From the human T2T-CHM13v2.0 reference genome, Homo sapiens: a DNA stretch of 64,000 bases. This document shows, piece by piece, positions 29,461 to 44,388 of the stretch. The notes below the pieces were generated by a model. The model ran no database searches. It saw only the letters and a list, made by a program, of their open reading frames with translations, and was not told the origin of the DNA. Position 1 is the first letter of the stretch. Every line of letters starts with the position of its first letter. A program made the translations under genes and the position numbers. Where the stretch lies: the NCBI RefSeq assembly GCF_009914755.1, contig NC_060931.1; one strand, given 5' to 3'.

Positions 29461-32182
29461 CTATGTGTATAATATGTAAAATTCTCCCAAAATGTATGAA
29501 TATAAAACTGAATGTATTCATTCATGTAATTATAACTAGCATTCTAAAATTTTTAATTACTCCCATTTCTTTGACATTCTGAAACTTTTTTTAGATTGTT
29601 TTAAAACGCTCTGGTTCCACCTTGAAGCTGATAATCTTTCTGAAAAATATATGAGAAACTCAGAAAGTAGTCATTATTATAATAAATTTAATTTTCTTAG
29701 GGAAAAAGGGCAGGGTTCTGGATGGAAACCCCTTTGGAAATTCTTATTTAAACTTTTGAATGAATCTTTAATATGATTCAGGCTGAGATTATGATACCTG
29801 CCCTTGTCTTATTTCAAGAGGTTTGCTGTGAGAATTCATGTAATAACATCTGTAATGTATTTGGAATTTTTGGGAGAAATTCATTCTTTTAAATAATGGG
29901 ATTATTGTATATAGTACAAATGAATACTCACAAAATTTAAGAATACATTTGACTAATAATTGAGCATCTTGTCAGTTTTTATGCAAGCATATATTGTATA
30001 CCTGAGGAAGATGACAGTTCTATAATTTTTTTAAGGTAAGGTTATTTTTAAATTGCATTTTTGTTCTAACGTTTTGCAATTTATATTCTTTTTAAAATAT
30101 TTCCCATAATTCATCATGCTAGCTTCTGTGTTCTTGGAATAGTTTTTGAAAAATGCAGAGATTCGAACATGAGTCCTTAATATACTAAACAGTGAAAGAA
30201 TGATGATATCTCATTTCTAAAGTAAGCATGGTTCACACCACTTTGGCAATACACTGCAGTACTTTTTAAAAAATATTCTCTAGTGATAAAAGTAAAGACA
30301 GGGTACTGGCCAAGATCCTAATTCTGACTTCTGACTGTGTGATCTTCGATGAAATTTATATTTCCCTTTATCATTACTATTCTACTTGTTAAGTAAGGCT
30401 AAGTTAATATTTGTCTTCGCCTTAAATTCTGATTTGTAATTTGTAACTCTGATGTGGTAGCTGTGATATGGTGAACTGAAAAATCCTTATTAGGCTACTT
30501 TATCTGTTCTCTTTTAGTTATTTTAAAGTGTACCTGTTTCTGAAGTAATGTAGTGAATGGTGAATACTTTTCAGGAATTCTTCCAGTTTTAAAATAGCCC
30601 CAAAGATACAGTTTCAGCTGGTGGAAGGTCTGTTCTGCTCTCTTAGTCCTAATCAGAAAGTCCCTTTTATCTTATAATCCCATACTAAATCCAAACCCTT
30701 AGCAAATCCTTGCTGCCAACCAGACCACTCACAAATCAAACAAAATGTAAGCAAGCAATCCAGTACTCGGTTACACCAGAAGACTCTGATCTTTGCCCCC
30801 GAAAACTGTCCTACTTTATCCTTATACCTGAAATCACTGCATACCTGAAATCACTGCAGCCCTACTGTTTTACCCATACCATTAATTTAAAAAGGCATCT
30901 ATTTCTTTATAGAAAGAAACATTCACAGTGAGGTCTTAGTTTGTGAACCTCAAAATCCAGATATTAATCCACTTTAGTTATTACTTTGTAATTGCTTCTC
31001 AGTCATTGGCTGATAATGCAATGGTGTGATAAATTTGACTTATCTCCACATACAAAAGTCGATCAGAAGGGATAGTTCTCTTCCTTTTTTTCCCCTCCTA
31101 CTGGCTCTTACTGTTTTCTAATCTCCAGTGTAAATGGAATGAACACATCTATAGTTAAGGTAAATGCCACCAATCAGAAGATTGAGTGATTTACTGCTTG
31201 TAAAGCAACTGTCTTTGAATCTTATGAAATAGGTGGTGTTGCTACCACAGAAGCCAAAAAGGTCTTAAAATTGGAAATAGATGTCTTTATTGTACTTCAG
31301 CCAACAGCAAGCCAGGGGAAGGAACATACATAAATATGACAGGTCATATATGAAATTTGGCTCTCCTCCTATCAAAGTAGCCTAGGAGCTTGGAGGAAGC
31401 CTAATTAACTAAAACAGGAAAAAAGCATACTCATCTGATGTAAAAACTCATCAGCTGTAAATTACCAACATTAAACCAGAAGTCATTACCAGTTAAAATG
31501 TGTGGTTTTCATCTTATTCTTAAATAGGAGAGGTGGACAGTAGTGTAAGTAACATTGCTTTAAAGACATAAAGCTTGTCCTGGTAAACATGGTCTAAATG
31601 AGAAATGCCTCCATCTTTTCAGGTAGAACCAGATTTCAGGCATAGCTCAGCTACATCTGTATTTGAAATACAATAAAAATATTTCTTATGTCTCTGTATT
31701 CTCTTTTAAAAAGAACTGCTGACTGGCTCCTGTCTCTTCAGTAACACTGATTTTTTTTTAAAGAAGTGATATGTTGGACTCTGTTGTAGAAGAATGAGCA
31801 CTAGTATTCAGCAACAAGTGCAATTTCTCCATGTTATGTTGAGCTCTGTTGGAGCCTATGGTGAGTATTTGATGTGAAAACCTTGCTGTGGGAATTTTTT
31901 ATTCTTCCTTTTCCCCCCACGCCAGTTCGTTTTGGTAAGTCTTTTATTTGAACACAAGACGCATGCTTTTTTAAACCTCTAGTTTTTGAAGTAACTGTAG
32001 AAGAGAATCTTTAAAAAAAAAAATGGAGGGCAGAATGCTTGTTAGCAATCTGAAAATCAAAGCTGAACAAGCTGCTTAAAGTTTCTGATTAAGAAGTTTA
32101 AAAAGAAAAATTAATTGCTACTGCTTTCCAGGTAATTGTATTATTAGTTTCTGTATAAAAGAAACATTATTGCTGTTGTATA

Positions 32183-32188
32183 AATAAA
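32183..32188 (+). terminator. Candidate distal poly(A) signal of PALS2
   Basis: AATAAA preceded by UGUA elements (tgtataaaa 32152, tgtata 32177) and followed by U/GU-rich sequence. Confidence 0.6.
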
Positions 32189-32439
32189 ATTTTCCTGTGG
32201 TACAATTAAGTATTGATTTTTCAGAAACTGTCCCTATAAATCTTTTCACATATTTCCATGTGCTGTCCAAAACAAAAATTATTGAAATGTCTAATCTGTG
32301 AGATTATATACTCCTGGTAAAATATTTTTGTATATATAAAGAAATATTTACTATTGGAAAAAAGTGTTTCATTTATAGGTAGAACTAAGGTTTAGAGATA
32401 ATAATGGAGGATATCTGATTAGCGTTGATAATTTTTTTT

Positions 32440-33663
32440 AACTGTTTGCATTTTTTAACTTTTAGGTTTGGGGGCACATGTGAAGGTTTTGTTACATAGG
32501 TAAACACGTGTCACAGGGGTTTATTGTACATATTATTTCATCATCCAGATACTGAACCTGGTACCCAATAGTTATCTCTTCTGCTCCTCCCCCTCCTCCC
32601 ACCCCCCACTCCAGTAGACCCCAGTGTCTGTTGTTTCCTTCTTTGTGTTTATAAGATACTATCATTTAGCTCCCACTTAGAAGTGAGAACATGCAGTATT
32701 TGGTTTTCTGTTCCTGTGTTAATTTGTTAAGGATAATGGCCTCCATCTCCATCCATATTCCTGCAAAAGACATGATCTCATTCTTTTTTATGGCTGCATG
32801 GTATTCCATGGTGTATGTATATATCTCATATTTTCTTTATCCAATCTGTCATTGATGGGCATTTAGGTTGATTTGTGTCTGCTATTGTGAATAGTGCTGC
32901 AGTGAACATTTGCATGCATGTCTTTATGGTAGGAAGATTTATATTCCTCTGGGTATATAACCAGTAATGGGATTGCTGGGTCAAATGGTCGTTCTGCTTT
33001 TAGCTCTTTGAGGAATCTCCGTACTGCTTTCCACAATAGTTGAACTAATATACACTCCCACCAACAAGGTATGAGTGTTCCCATTTCTCTACAACCATGC
33101 CAGCATCTGATAGTTTTTGACTTTTTAATAATAGCCATTCTGACTGGTGTGAGATGGTATCTCATTGTGGTTTTGATTTGTATTCCTCTAATGATCAGCG
33201 ATATTGAGCTATTCTACATGTGGTTGTTGGCCACACACACGTCTTCTTTTGAGAAGTATCTGTTCATGTCCTTTGCCCACTTTTTAAGGCGGCGGGGGTG
33301 GGGGGGGTTTCTCTTGTAAATTTAAGGTCCTTATAGATGCTAGATATTAGACTTTTGTCAGATGCATAGTTTGCAAATATTTTTTCCCATTCTGTAGGCT
33401 GTTTACTCTGTTTATAGTTTCTTTTGCTGTGGAGAAGCTCTTAAGTTTAATTAGATCTCACTTGTCAATGTTTGCTTTTGTTGCCATTGCTTTTGGTGTG
33501 TCTTTGTCATGAAATCTTTACCTGTTCCTGTGTCCCAGATGGTATTGCCAAGGTTGTCTTCCAGGGTTTTTATAGTTTTGGGTTTTACATATAAGTCTTT
33601 AATCCATCCTGAGTTGATTTTTGTATATGGTGTAAGGAAGCGGTCCAGCTTCAGTCTTCTGCA
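32440..33663 (-). mobile_element. 5'-truncated older L1PA (L1PA13-16-like)
   Basis: ORF2 C-terminal peptides (32863..33165, 33451..33714); flanked by TAATTT(T/C)TTTT. Confidence 0.9.
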
Positions 33664-34214
33664 GGTAATTTCTTTTAAGTGATAACAGTCTTTGTAAAAA
33701 GCCCCTAAAGTCATTTAGTGTTTCCCACCTAAATAAATAAATTGATCACTTGCCTCTACAACAGAAGCCCTAATCATTGTTTTCTCTATCCCAGTCCGAT
33801 TTGGTGGTTTTCAAAGACACACTCAAGGAAAGAATTTCAGTGTTGGGGAAGGTTAAAATATAGGACCAAGAAAACAAGGCTTCTGTGCTGAGATGGCATG
33901 GAATACTCTTGACCATTTCCCAGCTAGCCAGGAATGAAAGAAATCCTGGTGAGAAAGAGAATGAACCGACCCATTCTGGCACACAGCTCAGCACTGCAGC
34001 CTGCAGTGAGAGAGGACTTGGGCCCACCAGGCTGACGAGAGACAGAGGTGTGGCACTGGGTGCATGCAGGAAGCCTCCTTCCAGACAGGGCCCTTTGCAA
34101 CTCTTGCCCAAGCTAATTTCCAGGATTGCCTACCTCATACTTAAGAAATTGCTAGTACAGTGTATCTCTGATGTCTCCAGAGGAATTAGATGTTATCTTC
34201 TTCATTCTTCCATC

Positions 34215-35095
<881 letters not shown>

Positions 35096-36383
35096 CAACA
35101 ACACTAGCTATGTCAGTGGTACTCCTTTCATCCATTTATGAAAGAGAAGTGGTCCTCTTATGAATGGAAATATCAGAATTAAGGGGGCTGTCTTGTGCTA
35201 TTCTAGGAAGTATTCCTTTTATTTACTGTTTTCCAGATGACCTGAGCTAATAGACTTGTTTGCAAATCTAATTATGAAAAACAAGTATGGTTCTTGATGT
35301 CAATAGAGGCACTTTTTAAAAAAGATTTAATGAGAAAGTTGGAGATACTATCTAGTTAGAAACCTCCAAAGATGATATCTCCAACTTCCTCATTAAATCT
35401 TTTTCAAACCTTTGGAGGCCCAATTCCACCTCACTGCAAGCACACCTAGCCTTGCTGCACCCGCATCTCTACAGGTGTCTGCTAAGATGCCTGGCAGTAA
35501 CCTCAGGCTGGGAACAACTGTAGTAGCATAAAGCTACCTCCTTTTTAATAGCTAGTTCTTAAAACACAATCCAGCATGTCAACTGGCTGGTCTTAGAACA
35601 ATTGTGAAACAGCTAGATTCCTGACTGTTTGATGTAACCCAGACTTTCGGCGCTTGCTGGGATGGCTTCTTTCAATCTGAAGTCTTTCATTTTGTCTGTT
35701 TTTTAATTTGGAGGATAAGACATACAGAATTCTAGCAGGAATAGAAAGCTAAAAAATCTTCCTCTGCCTCTTGTCTCAACCTCTAAGTTTCTTTCTCCCC
35801 AAAGGAGCCACCATTAGATTTCGTGTGAACTCTTTAAATGAAATTTTCCATTAATATTGATAACATGTATACATCTATCTATCTTTTTACACAAGTAGAT
35901 TCATATTATACCTTCTGTTTGCAGTTTGTTCTTTTTACTTATTTCAGAAAACCAGACAAAAGGCAGGTATAGTGCCACCATTTTAGCACAACTGCTTTCA
36001 CTTTTGCATATTCCTTTCCAGTTTGTATGTAAGGCTTATTTCTGTATAGCTGCTGCCACCATGTGCCATTTTATAGCCTCTCCCCCAACATATAAGCATT
36101 TCCATAAAGAGTCTCATTTTTAGTAGTGATGAAAGGGTTATTTGCTTTATTCTTCCTTGTTAACCTTCATTAAAATCTGAAGGGAAGAAAGGGAATAAGT
36201 GGATGATGTTGCAGGGAAAAAAGAATAGGTGCTGTATGATATGTTTCCAACAACTGCTACCCCTCATCCCCAGTGGCTCAGATCCTGTCTATGGAATCAG
36301 GGACACAGGGAGCCAGTCCAAGCTATTTATAGAAGGACATCAAAACAGAATAAAAAGCAAAATAGACATAGTTCAAAGTTTCC

Positions 36384-36389
36384 TTTAAT
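36384..36389 (-). terminator. GSDME poly(A) signal (ATTAAA)
   Basis: tttaat on +, ~650 nt after the stop, followed on - by GU/U-rich sequence (TATGTCTATTTTGCTTTTT). Confidence 0.7.
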
Positions 36390-37037
36390 AGAATACCCAG
36401 AATACATAGGAAATCAACATGTGCTAGACATAGAATTAGTATGTTCACTGAAGCATGGCAAGGTCACATAAAATGCATATAGCTAGGGTCCCAAGCAGGG
36501 GTGTGTTACTGTTAGATTTTTTTGAAGTTTAATTTTGTTCAGCAGAGGAATATACTCTAGGAGCATTTACAGTTCATTTTCAGTCATCAAATAACATACA
36601 TCACTTCCAAAACGTAGCCTCTTGTGTGCAGAGAAATTGCCTTCCCACAGCATTCACAATGTAAAAAGACCTTTTGGATTAAAGGGTCAGACTCTTTCTA
36701 TGTAACAAAAAGTGGAATGCAAGTGACAGATGGACTTATTATTGTGCAGAAAAAACGTCTGAATGTATGCTAAGAATTCTCCGCCCTCCCAGCTCTTTAC
36801 ATGCTGGAACCTAACTCAGATGCTGGGTCACCAGCACAGGAGGGCCTCTGATAAGGAAAACTGTTTAAAGAGTACCTGGTGGCTAAAAGTCAGGTCATTC
36901 ATCATGCAAAATGTCACCACTTCTTAAACTGTTCTGTAAATTCATTTCATTGGTCAACTTTTAACGTGCATATGACCTTTAACAGTTCTGAAAAATAGCC
37001 TTGGCCAGTAACACGTACTTCTAGTTCACATATGACA

Positions 37038-37271
37038 TCATGAATGTTCTCTGCCTAAAGCACAGAGTCCATTCAGGGTTATACAAAGAAGCAGTGGGAA
37101 GACTTTAGAGTCCTTCAGAATGACAGCTTTCACAGATGACTTCAGTCTCTCCAGACTAATGTCAGCTGAGGCAAACAAGCGCTGCACAATCCCAAACCTT
37201 TCTGTATCTTTCAGGGGAGTCAAGGTTGGGTCTTCAAGATCAGATACTCCATCATCAGACAGAGCACGAAG
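37038..37271 (-). CDS. GSDME: GSDME exon 10 coding part (LRALSDDGVSDLEDPTLTPLKDTERFGIVQRLFASADISLERLKSSVKAVILKDSKVFPLLLCITLNGLCALGREHS*)
   Basis: tttcag|CTT acceptor; 234 nt to TGA; matches ORF 37038..37283. Confidence 0.97.
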   Translation of the reverse strand, partial: LRALSDDGVSDLEDPTLTPLKDTERFGIVQRLFASADISLERLKSSVKAVILKDSKVFPLLLCITLNGLCALGREHS

Positions 37272-37289
37272 CTGAAATGACACATTTAA

Positions 37290-37697
<408 letters not shown>

Positions 37698-37959
37698 TGA
37701 GGTGTAACATGATATATTTGATCCAGGCCAGGACCTCAGGCCTGATTCTATCCAATTTGTCTAGTGTCCTCTGTCTGAATCCCTACTCTCCAAACTCTTT
37801 CTACTAGTCCCATTAACTCCAGTACATTAGAAAGGTTAGAATGTACTTTGGTCATATATGCAGTATGCTTAGTTTTTGTTTTACTGAAGATATTAGAACT
37901 TTCTTATATCTTTGCATGAACTCCTCAAAGGTAGGTACCATAGTTTAGTTTAATTATCC

Positions 37960-38270
37960 TTCCTGCCTCAAGAACCTTTTCCCTTGTTATTCCTTCTTCC
38001 AAATTTCCCTGTTGATCTCCCCTTCTCATCACTCAGTTGTCAGCTGAAATGCCACATTGAGGGCCTTTCCCAATCCCTTTCCATCTAGCTACCCCCAGCC
38101 CCAGAACTCAGCCTTATGTTACTCCATTATGTTGTATCCATAAACTTACTATATCTGAAGTAATCTGCTTGATAGTGTTTAGTCACCTTCCCTTATTTAA
38201 CCCTAAGCTGCTCGTGAGAGCAGGGACCTTGTCTGCCGTGCCTACAACACAGACACTCAATGTGTTCTTC
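37960..38270 (+). mobile_element. L2 3' fragment
   Basis: taagctgctcgtgagagcagggaccttgtctg...actcaatg. Confidence 0.6.
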
Positions 38271-40771
38271 ACCGAGGTCACTTTGGATGCTGCTCTAATT
38301 CCACTGCTCAACACATACTTGAAATATTTGATTTGCTTTTAGGGTCTTGATCTGTACCCGTAATATTTTACAAATCTTAAGCAATTACAAATTTACCAGT
38401 AGATTTCATTTTGAAACAGGCATTCAAGATCTGATTAATAATGTAAGTAGTAAAATTTTAAATTAAATTAAAAATGAAATAAGCCTAGAAAGTTTGCCTG
38501 AATTTTAAGAAATCTGAAGGGAATCCAAAAGAAAAAATTCCAGAAATTTCCTGAGCAGTGGTGACTATCTTGAAAGTCATGCAGCTTGTCCAGGTAGACT
38601 GAAGGGTAGCACTCACTGGAATGTAAAAGTACTTGTGGGTTTATTATCAAAATCAGCCTCACGAACCTTGTAGATTCGCCAAATACAACTCACACAATGT
38701 AACCACAGGCTTAACGTTACCATTAGGCTCAGACTGCAAACTATTGATTGTGCTTTAGAGAGTAGATTAGACCTGCTCTTTAAGCACAGCATCACACCCC
38801 AGTGAATTAAGGAGGAGCCCCACTGGCGCAGGCTGGAGACTGTCAACAGCATGGCAGGCTCCCTGTCCTTACCACCTGGTGGATGAGAGCTGTGCAGCAT
38901 TCGGCTTTCTTTTCTAAATATCCACCACCCCCTTTGCCCACAGGCATTTCTAGGTATAAGGGGGAAACGGTGACCCAGAGGGTGGTGGAGTGAAGTTAAC
39001 ATTCTCTACTGATTCTAACTCACCCTTTCACCAGTTCTTGGAAATGTGTTAGTGTATCTGGCACTGTACTCCCAAAAGCCCTTCAGAAAGCCTCTCAAAG
39101 TTACCCTGGCTACTAGACAAGAAAAGACAGGGCTGCAGATGGATTTTGTGCCGTTTTAAGTAAATCCCTTAAAGAAACATGACGCTCAAATTCCTTCAGG
39201 AGGCAGACACCTCGATGTCTTAAATAGAGCTATTGCAAATCTGAGGGGAGGTATGTGAAGATACCCAGGAAGGTCTTTACAGAAAAAGGAGGTCTTTGAC
39301 TATGTTGAGCAGTGCCAAAAGGCAGAATGTGCAGAAGCAGAATACCTTCCATTCTGAACTCCGAATGTGTTCTGGCTGCTGCTCTTAGAACACCAACAGA
39401 GCAGAACTTGGGGGTAATACAAATGTCCTAGAGCTGATCTGCAGGGAGGAGGACAGCTAAGTGTGAGTTTGTCACAGAAGGGGTTAGATAACAGTTAGAT
39501 AACATGGGCTTGGCAGGATTTTCTTTTTATTTGCTTCAGTTGCAGTTGATGAATCTGTAAATACTTGGGAAGGACTAACTTAGTAAATGCTGAGCACTCA
39601 GTTGCTGCAAGAGGAGCTGAGATCTGAAAGCAGAGCTGTTGTTTTGCTCATCATTGCATACAATTAGAATAATGGCACGTATTGTTTCCATAACCAGACT
39701 GTGCCACCAGCCTTTACCCTCAGCTGGCCCAGGACACACATGCTGGCACATTTTCAAGTAGTTCCATTTTTGCAGTCAGTGGACAAGCATGCATGTTCCT
39801 CTGGGCCTGTGGAATCTTTCAGTTGTGATACCTGATCTGCTCCTTGGAATGATGCCATGCTGCATAGTCTTCTAATGTCTTTGCTATGCACAAAGGCACC
39901 AACCACATTACTCGGTGTTCCCAGAGTAGATGTATACCAAATGTCAGGGTCCTGTCTAGGCAGTCTGCCCCAATACCTGCTTCCCAGATCTGACAGCAGA
40001 GCTCTGAGAGATGATCCTTTGGGCCAACATAGCAGGTTGGCCTTGGACTTTAGTAATTAGGCCTTAAAATAATCAGACCGTGTGTGCTCAGCTCCTCTGC
40101 CCCAGGCTGAGCAACATCTGCAAAAGCTACACAAGACTAGCTGCCCCATCAGGGTGGCTTCAGGGCAACCTGTTGGTGGTTCTTTCTACTAATGGCTCAA
40201 TCTATAATTTAAAAAGGAAAAGCTTAATCTTGACTCTCTAGGGCTAAGCTCATCATTACCTAACTCATGCTCTTAGAATGACATTTCCAGAGGGGGCACC
40301 AAGCTAACGATATTCCTGAAAGTGGATGAAAGAAGCTATGTCTCCCTGGGACAGATCAGTCCTGGATACCTCCCTGGCAAATCTGCTGCAGAGCTCAATC
40401 AAACCAGTCTTAGCACAAAACTGCCATTGCAAATAATATGGTGTCAGGCCCCTTTATTGTAATGTAACACCAAACCTTGGCCAAAATTCTCTCCAAACAA
40501 TGGGAAAAGTATAAGAGTTGGAGTCGAAAGACAAGGATGAAGTCCTGGACCTGCTAACAAGTTATTTGGACAAATCATTTTCCTCTGGGTCTCAGTCTTC
40601 CCATGGGGTGGGATGTGTATAAAAGTGGGGTTAATAACAATACTTACTTAATGTGTCTTGAAGAGCTGTTGTGGTAAGTCCTAGAGGTGTTTTACCGGCT
40701 GCTGGATGTCTACCCCCTCATCATTTCCCCATTCCTATCCATTCTAAGGTCCCACCTGGGAGGTTGCTTAC

Positions 40772-40845
40772 CAAGTGGCACAGTGTGGGAATGATCTGGA
40801 GTTTGCAGCAAGTGCCCAGCAGAGCTGCTGCGCTATCTGGCATTT
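40772..40845 (-). CDS. GSDME: GSDME exon 9 (EMPDSAAALLGTCCKLQIIPTLCHL)
   Basis: ctgcag|AA acceptor, TTG|gtaagc donor; 74 nt. Confidence 0.96.
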
Positions 40846-42735
40846 CTGCAGGAGAGAAAAATCACAGTCACAGTCCAAAAAAACAAGTCCATGGGAACAG
40901 AGCCAGCCCCTGGATGGCACCTAACTTATATTTTAGTACTTTCCCGCCAGCCAGGCAGGGGAGGTACTCAGCAGTTGCTGAGTTAGTGAATGAATGGTGC
41001 TAAATGGGCAGCAAAGACCTTGTAGAAAACAGATGTAGGAACCCAGCTGCCAGCTCTGCATTCCACAGAGGATACTCCTTGACATTCAATTTACCAAATG
41101 GAAAGAACTGCCCAGACTCTGGGGGAAGGAAAGGAAACAGCATGGAAAAGCAGACCCTGCCATCTGGTGACAGAAGAGTGATGTTTGAGACCCTCCACAC
41201 ATTCAGGCTGCAGCCTCAGGTACACCTCTCTCAGCCTCAGTTTCCTCATTTACCATAGTTGTTTTGTTTTTGCATATGTCAGAATACTGTGTAAACTATA
41301 AAGGGCTCTACCCCATCACCAATCATTTTGGGGAGGAAAATGCAGTGTAGCTTTATCAGTGCAGCGTGGCCTGAGGCCAGGAGCAGCAACAGCAGAAAGT
41401 TGGAGCAGAGCTGTGCCAGGCTAGGGGCTGCACCAGAAGGGCCCTTGCCAAGCCCCAGGGAAGGGAATGCCAGATCAGTGTTATTCAAAGTGGATATTAA
41501 ACACCTCCCAGGGAAAACACAGATACAGTTCTTAAAAGGACCATAGTCCCTTGGGGGTACAAGCTTTGAGCTGAAAAGGCAAAAAAGAATGAGTCACGTG
41601 CTGAATCAGGTAGCCGAGGGACTGGTTAGGAACTCAGTTGTTCCTGCCATGTGTTAGCAGCCTTATTTGTAAAGACAGTGTGTTGTTGAGGTGTGACCCA
41701 GAGAGTACATGGCTCGTTCTCAAGAGAGAGTGTAGGCTATTAAGGGGGTGGGGCAGCAGCCAGGGGGATGCTTCTTTCAGAGAACCTAATGTGGTATTCA
41801 AATGTGTATGCATTTGTCTGAAGAGAAGATCCACAGTTTCTCAAGTAGTCTCTTACCCCAAAGCAGGAAGGTGAAGACGGAAAGCCTATGTGGCCTAGCG
41901 TATCCAGCTGAGCCTCTGTCCCCAGCCATCTCATCTGCCATTACTGCCCTGCCTTCACTTTCCAGGGTGGCTCCTGGGACCCAGGTAACCATCATCCTCA
42001 TCTCTTATTCTTGGAAATACCTGAGTCCCATATTACCCATTTAGCTGCTATCTTGAGTGTGGTACACTAGGTGCTAGGGGCACAGAAATGAAAGAACAGC
42101 ATCTGCATTACCGAGCTTACCCACTAATTTTACTACTTGACTCTGATTTCCTGGAGGGCCAAGACTTGATATTTACCTAGCACTGCCTAAAACATAGTAT
42201 AAGCTTGTTAAATGTTTCTTGAACTGAAATTATTTTGATTGCTCTTCCATGTACCAATTCTATTTTACAAATAGAGTCCAAGGAGTTGAGACCTTTGGAG
42301 TTGCTTAAGGTTACAAAATAGTGGAGGAAGCTTCCCAGGAGACAGGTCACATGTGGGACTGAAGTGCTGAAAACAGCTATTAGCCAGAAACTGGTGTGAG
42401 GACCTACGAAGACCCCATTTTCTATTCCAGCACTTTCCTCAGTTTTTAAGGAGAGAAGATTATATTAAGAGGAAAAAAAATGAACTCAGAAGGGCGGAGG
42501 ATTAGCAAGAGCACAAATGGAAGGGCTGTATGCCAGCCTGGCCTCCACTGGGACTGACATATAAATGAGATCACAGTTCAGAAAAATAAAGGGCAGGATT
42601 GGTTGAAAAATTTAGACATTGCCAGCTGCACCTAAAGATTTCACTACCTCTGAGTTTCCAATTCAGAAACAGCAAGTCAGTCTCACATTATGTGTCAACT
42701 GCGTGGCCTGCTGCCTGCGTGCAAGCTTGCAGAGA

Positions 42736-42999
42736 TTTTTTTTTTTTTCCAAGCTGGACTGCAATGGCGTCCATAGTTCACTGCATCCTTGAATTCCTGG
42801 GCTCAAGCAATCCTCCACAGCCCCTCAAGTAGCTGGGACTACAGAGGTACACACCACCATGCCTGGCTAATTTATTTTTTGTACAGATGAGGTCTTGCCA
42901 TGTTCCCTAGGCTGGTCTTGAACTCCTGGGCTCAAGTGATCCTTCCACCTTACCCTCCCAAAACGCTAGGATTACAGATGGGGGCCACCACACCCAGCC
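42736..42999 (-). mobile_element. Alu (J family)
   Basis: gggctcaagcaatcctcc J-type; TSD TTGCAGAGA at 42727 and 43002. Confidence 0.9.
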
Positions 43000-44195
43000 A
43001 GTTGCAGAGAATTTGATGCTGTGTCTAGGCTCAAGTAGAAGGGGACTGTGGTGCTTTCATGATGCTGGCCCTGTGTTACCTACTTGGCATCACTGATCCA
43101 GGCTATTGATAGAAATGCTGCAATAAGTAATGGGGTATATGAAGAAAAGACCTCTCACAAGTCGGAGAACTCTGGCCTGTGTATTAGCTCCTGACAGAAT
43201 GCCTGTTCTGAAAGACTCTAATACCCGGATGTTAACATTGGGAGAAAGTCTCTAGTGGAGTTCCGCAGGGCTCTGTCTTATGTCCTGTTTCAGTTTACCA
43301 GTCAAAACTATATTTATCCATGAGTTGGAACAAGACAGAGCATATATTTATCAGCACATAGAGTTGGGACAGGCATTCTCTCAGATTAATTCTTTAAAAA
43401 CTGAAGATTACTGGGTCTGTTTCTGTGTGGTGCTAGGGAGGAACCCTGAATGTATCAGAAACTATGTGTCCTGACTAGTGTCACCATGAAGGGAAGCTGT
43501 GGGGACTGGTTTGCCACAACTGGCTTTTCTGAGAGGGAATAGGAAGCCCAGCTTCCTCGTGACAGGCACTGTGGCATGGCGAGTTCCGGATGGGAGGGGT
43601 ACAGAGGTGGCAGAGATTGTTCCACAGTAACTGGATGGCTGCTCCCCTGGGAGGCCATTTCAGGACCAGTGCAGAAGCTGTGCATCTGGGCCCAGCCACA
43701 GCTCTGCCTCCCAGCCTAGTACATTGGATGGTTGAATGCTCTCCACAGCCCCCTTGCCCCAGACAGGAGCACGCAGGGTGGGGAATAACAAGTTTGCAAA
43801 GATCAGAAGGACTGAAATGCTGGAGGAGAGCAGTTGGCAAATGAAAGTTGCTGCCACTCAGCTCTGCTGGGACTCCGGAGTGAACCACAGCCTGTCAGGG
43901 AGATGCTTGCTTTTGTAGGCAAAGGGGCACCCACTGTGGCCTTCCCTGGGGGAGGAGGGAGAAGGGCCCTCCGGGAGAGTAGGGAGGCTTGTGCTGGATG
44001 GAAAGGCACAGACTCGAGACCGAAGGGGGGTTTCCCATCAGCCTCCCACCTCTTACCCTCCCTGTACCAGAAGGGAAGGACCTGTATGTACCATATCTTC
44101 CACAGTTACCACCTCTGTGTCCCCAGAAGCATAGATAGTAGGCAAAGCATTTTAAAGCAGCAGCAGCCATTTCTTTCATTTTCTTTTCTCCTTAC

Positions 44196-44388
44196 CTGCG
44201 AGGGCACTGACCAAGAAGTAGGCTGTCATAAACAGCTGCTTGCTGCCTGCATCCTCGGGGCCCGGACACCCACCCTGTAAGCTGCACCCCACCAGCTGCA
44301 GGAAGGCCACAAGGTCCTGCTGCTGCCGGGGCTTCAGCTCCCCCAGCACCGCCACTGTGGGCGAGAGGCCGCTGACCAGGTCATCGCA
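44196..44388 (-). CDS. GSDME: GSDME exon 8 (CDDLVSGLSPTVAVLGELKPRQQQDLVAFLQLVGCSLQGGCPGPEDAGSKQLFMTAYFLVSALA)
   Basis: cttcttcttccctgccctacag|TGC acceptor, CAG|gtaagg donor; 193 nt; the exon skipped in DFNA5 deafness. Confidence 0.97.

Larger units (their letters stand above)
25631..32205 (+). other. PALS2: PALS2 3'UTR, long form ~6.6 kb, with several candidate poly(A) signals
   Basis: AT-rich and largely repeat-poor after the stop. AATAAA at 25684, 27538, 31672 and 32183. Distal end inferred from the last AATAAA before the L1 at ~32430. Confidence 0.65.
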
